44,993 bases of DNA from a virus (taxonomy: Duplodnaviria > Caudoviricetes), in IMG/VR virus record IMGVR_UViG_3300010052_000222, positions 1 to 44,993 of that record, one strand, 5' to 3'. A program made the position numbers and the translations under genes. The notes below the pieces were generated by a model. That model ran no database searches. It saw only the letters and a list, made by a program, of their open reading frames with translations, and had not been told where the DNA came from. Positions 43,735 to 44,993 of this stretch are shown here, one piece after another. Numbering within the stretch: the stretch's first letter is position 1; every line of letters begins with the position of its first letter.

Positions 43735-43764
43735 GCCGCAGAACCAGGTTCCGGGCTGGCGCGG

Positions 43765-43793
43765 GTATAGTACGGAGACAGGGGTTTCGTCAA
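43765..43793 (-). promoter_or_regulatory. Sigma70 promoter of the tRNA
   Basis: TTGACG-N17-CTATAC, matching the rhizobial consensus. Confidence 0.75.
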
Positions 43794-43895
43794 CCTGACT
43801 CCGCCAAGTTGATTGGCTTCCATTGACTCTCGTTCCGCCTCTCGCGTCGGGCAATGGCGTCACAACTTTGAATCAGCGTCATGCTACCCTGGCTG

Positions 43896-44993
43896 TCAGT
43901 CGTTCCCTTCTCTCCGCGCCCGAAGATAGTCCGTCTTGTGGTGAAATGACTTCTCCACGAGCTCATAGGAAATGGCGCTGAGCAGCAGGGTCAGCGGATA
44001 GTGAAACAAGAGCAGGATCAATGTCTGGTTGGTCAACAGGTCTGCCGAGAATTGATAACCGACATAGATGCCGTAGACTTTGCTTGCCACGCCAAGAGTA
44101 AGGAAATGGAGGAGATACGTGCTGTAGGATATCTCACCGACATAGCCGATCCAGCGGGAAATGCGGCTTTTTACACCGCTCATCAGTATGACGTAGGACG
44201 TTATCATCGTCCCGCAGAGAAGGGACATCAGTGTCAGCCAGCTCAGCCAGATCGATGATCTCGCCGTCCCGTAAAAACCACCGCGACCGTTGATCCAGGC
44301 CATGCTCGCCAAGACCGCCGTCGCAGCGACAATGAAGACCAGCCCGGCGATCAGCCGCTGGTTGGCGATTGGTGCGCGCTTCGTGCGAAGATAGATCAAT
44401 CCTCCGACGATTCCGGCTAGGAACGCATCAATCTGTCCGAAGATCGTCCAGTAGGACAGCCCTTGCAAACTCCCCTTAGCAATGAAAAAGCAGTAACGGA
44501 AAAAGAAGAAGAAAAGGGCGAGGCCGACGCAAGCAGCTATCGTCCACCCGAGCCGGTCATGCACCAGCCTATTCCTGAGATAAGGATAGGCCGCGTAGAA
44601 CTGGAACTCTACGGCGAGGGTCCATGCGCCGGGAATCAATCCGCCGCCTAGCAGGTTGAAGAACAAGAACAGGCTCGATGTGTCGAGCTTGCCGAACGTT
44701 ACGTGAAACAGCATGATGATGAACATCAATGGCAAGATACGCAGCACTCGATTGCGCATGAACTTGAGGTAATCAATGTCGCTGCCGGCGGTGATCGTGG
44801 TAAAAATGAAGCCTGTGATAGTGATGAACAGCGTAACGCCTATCCAGCCCTCTTCGAACAGACTTAGTATCCAGTTGTCAGGAGCGGCTGTGAAAGGCAC
44901 TCCCCTCTGATGAATGCCATGCCAATAGAAGACGAGCGCGGCCGCGAGCGCGCGCATGTGGTCAATGCTGTGATCCCGAACTTTCCACGGCAT
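43896..44993 (-). CDS. Acyltransferase_3 (OafA/YrhL-like) membrane O-acyltransferase
   Basis: SIDHMRALAA..V..H, GVTLF, RNRVLRILP, WTLAVEFQFY, GEISYSTYLLH and SYELVEK motifs; multiple TMs; ATG at the window edge. Confidence 0.93.
   Translation of the reverse strand: MPWKVRDHSIDHMRALAAALVFYWHGIHQRGVPFTAAPDNWILSLFEEGWIGVTLFITITGFIFTTITAGSDIDYLKFMRNRVLRILPLMFIIMLFHVTFGKLDTSSLFLFFNLLGGGLIPGAWTLAVEFQFYAAYPYLRNRLVHDRLGWTIAACVGLALFFFFFRYCFFIAKGSLQGLSYWTIFGQIDAFLAGIVGGLIYLRTKRAPIANQRLIAGLVFIVAATAVLASMAWINGRGGFYGTARSSIWLSWLTLMSLLCGTMITSYVILMSGVKSRISRWIGYVGEISYSTYLLHFLTLGVASKVYGIYVGYQFSADLLTNQTLILLLFHYPLTLLLSAISYELVEKSFHHKTDYLRARREGND

Noticed and set aside
1-44993. CRISPR array, rRNA or IS element
   Set aside because: No regularly spaced repeats, rRNA-like sequence or transposase seen.

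Overview
Nearly complete temperate podovirus-type prophage of a high-GC alphaproteobacterium (Rhizobiales-like, inferred from the GAAC-N7-GAAC SOS box, a TTGAC-N17-CTATAC promoter and gene content). It is integrated at the 3' end of a tRNA-Val(CAC) gene (43660-43734, minus); the other att site lies beyond the left edge. The minus strand, read right to left, carries cro, early/replication genes (GapR-like, methyltransferase-like, RusA, HicA-like/Rha fusion, DUF1376 initiator), a late regulator, terminase, a T7/BPP-1-type portal, scaffold, capsid, tail tubes, three ejection proteins, an SGNH-esterase tailspike, a moron slot and a GH19 lysis cassette. The plus strand carries the repressor, an ERF/DEDDh/YqaJ/SSB recombination module, accessory genes, xis and a tyrosine integrase. 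An OafA-type acyltransferase lies beyond the tRNA. Most notable: (1) a switch made of a protease-less repressor, four 20-bp operators and a convergent LexA-box-controlled small gene (candidate new antirepressor); (2) an O-deacetylase tailspike with an acyltransferase remnant next to it; (3) an in-frame TGA in a head gene, an R-to-C change in the integrase HxxR motif and a +1 frame break before rusA; (4) several small genes absent from the ORF track. All family assignments are by motif recognition only; no database searches were run.
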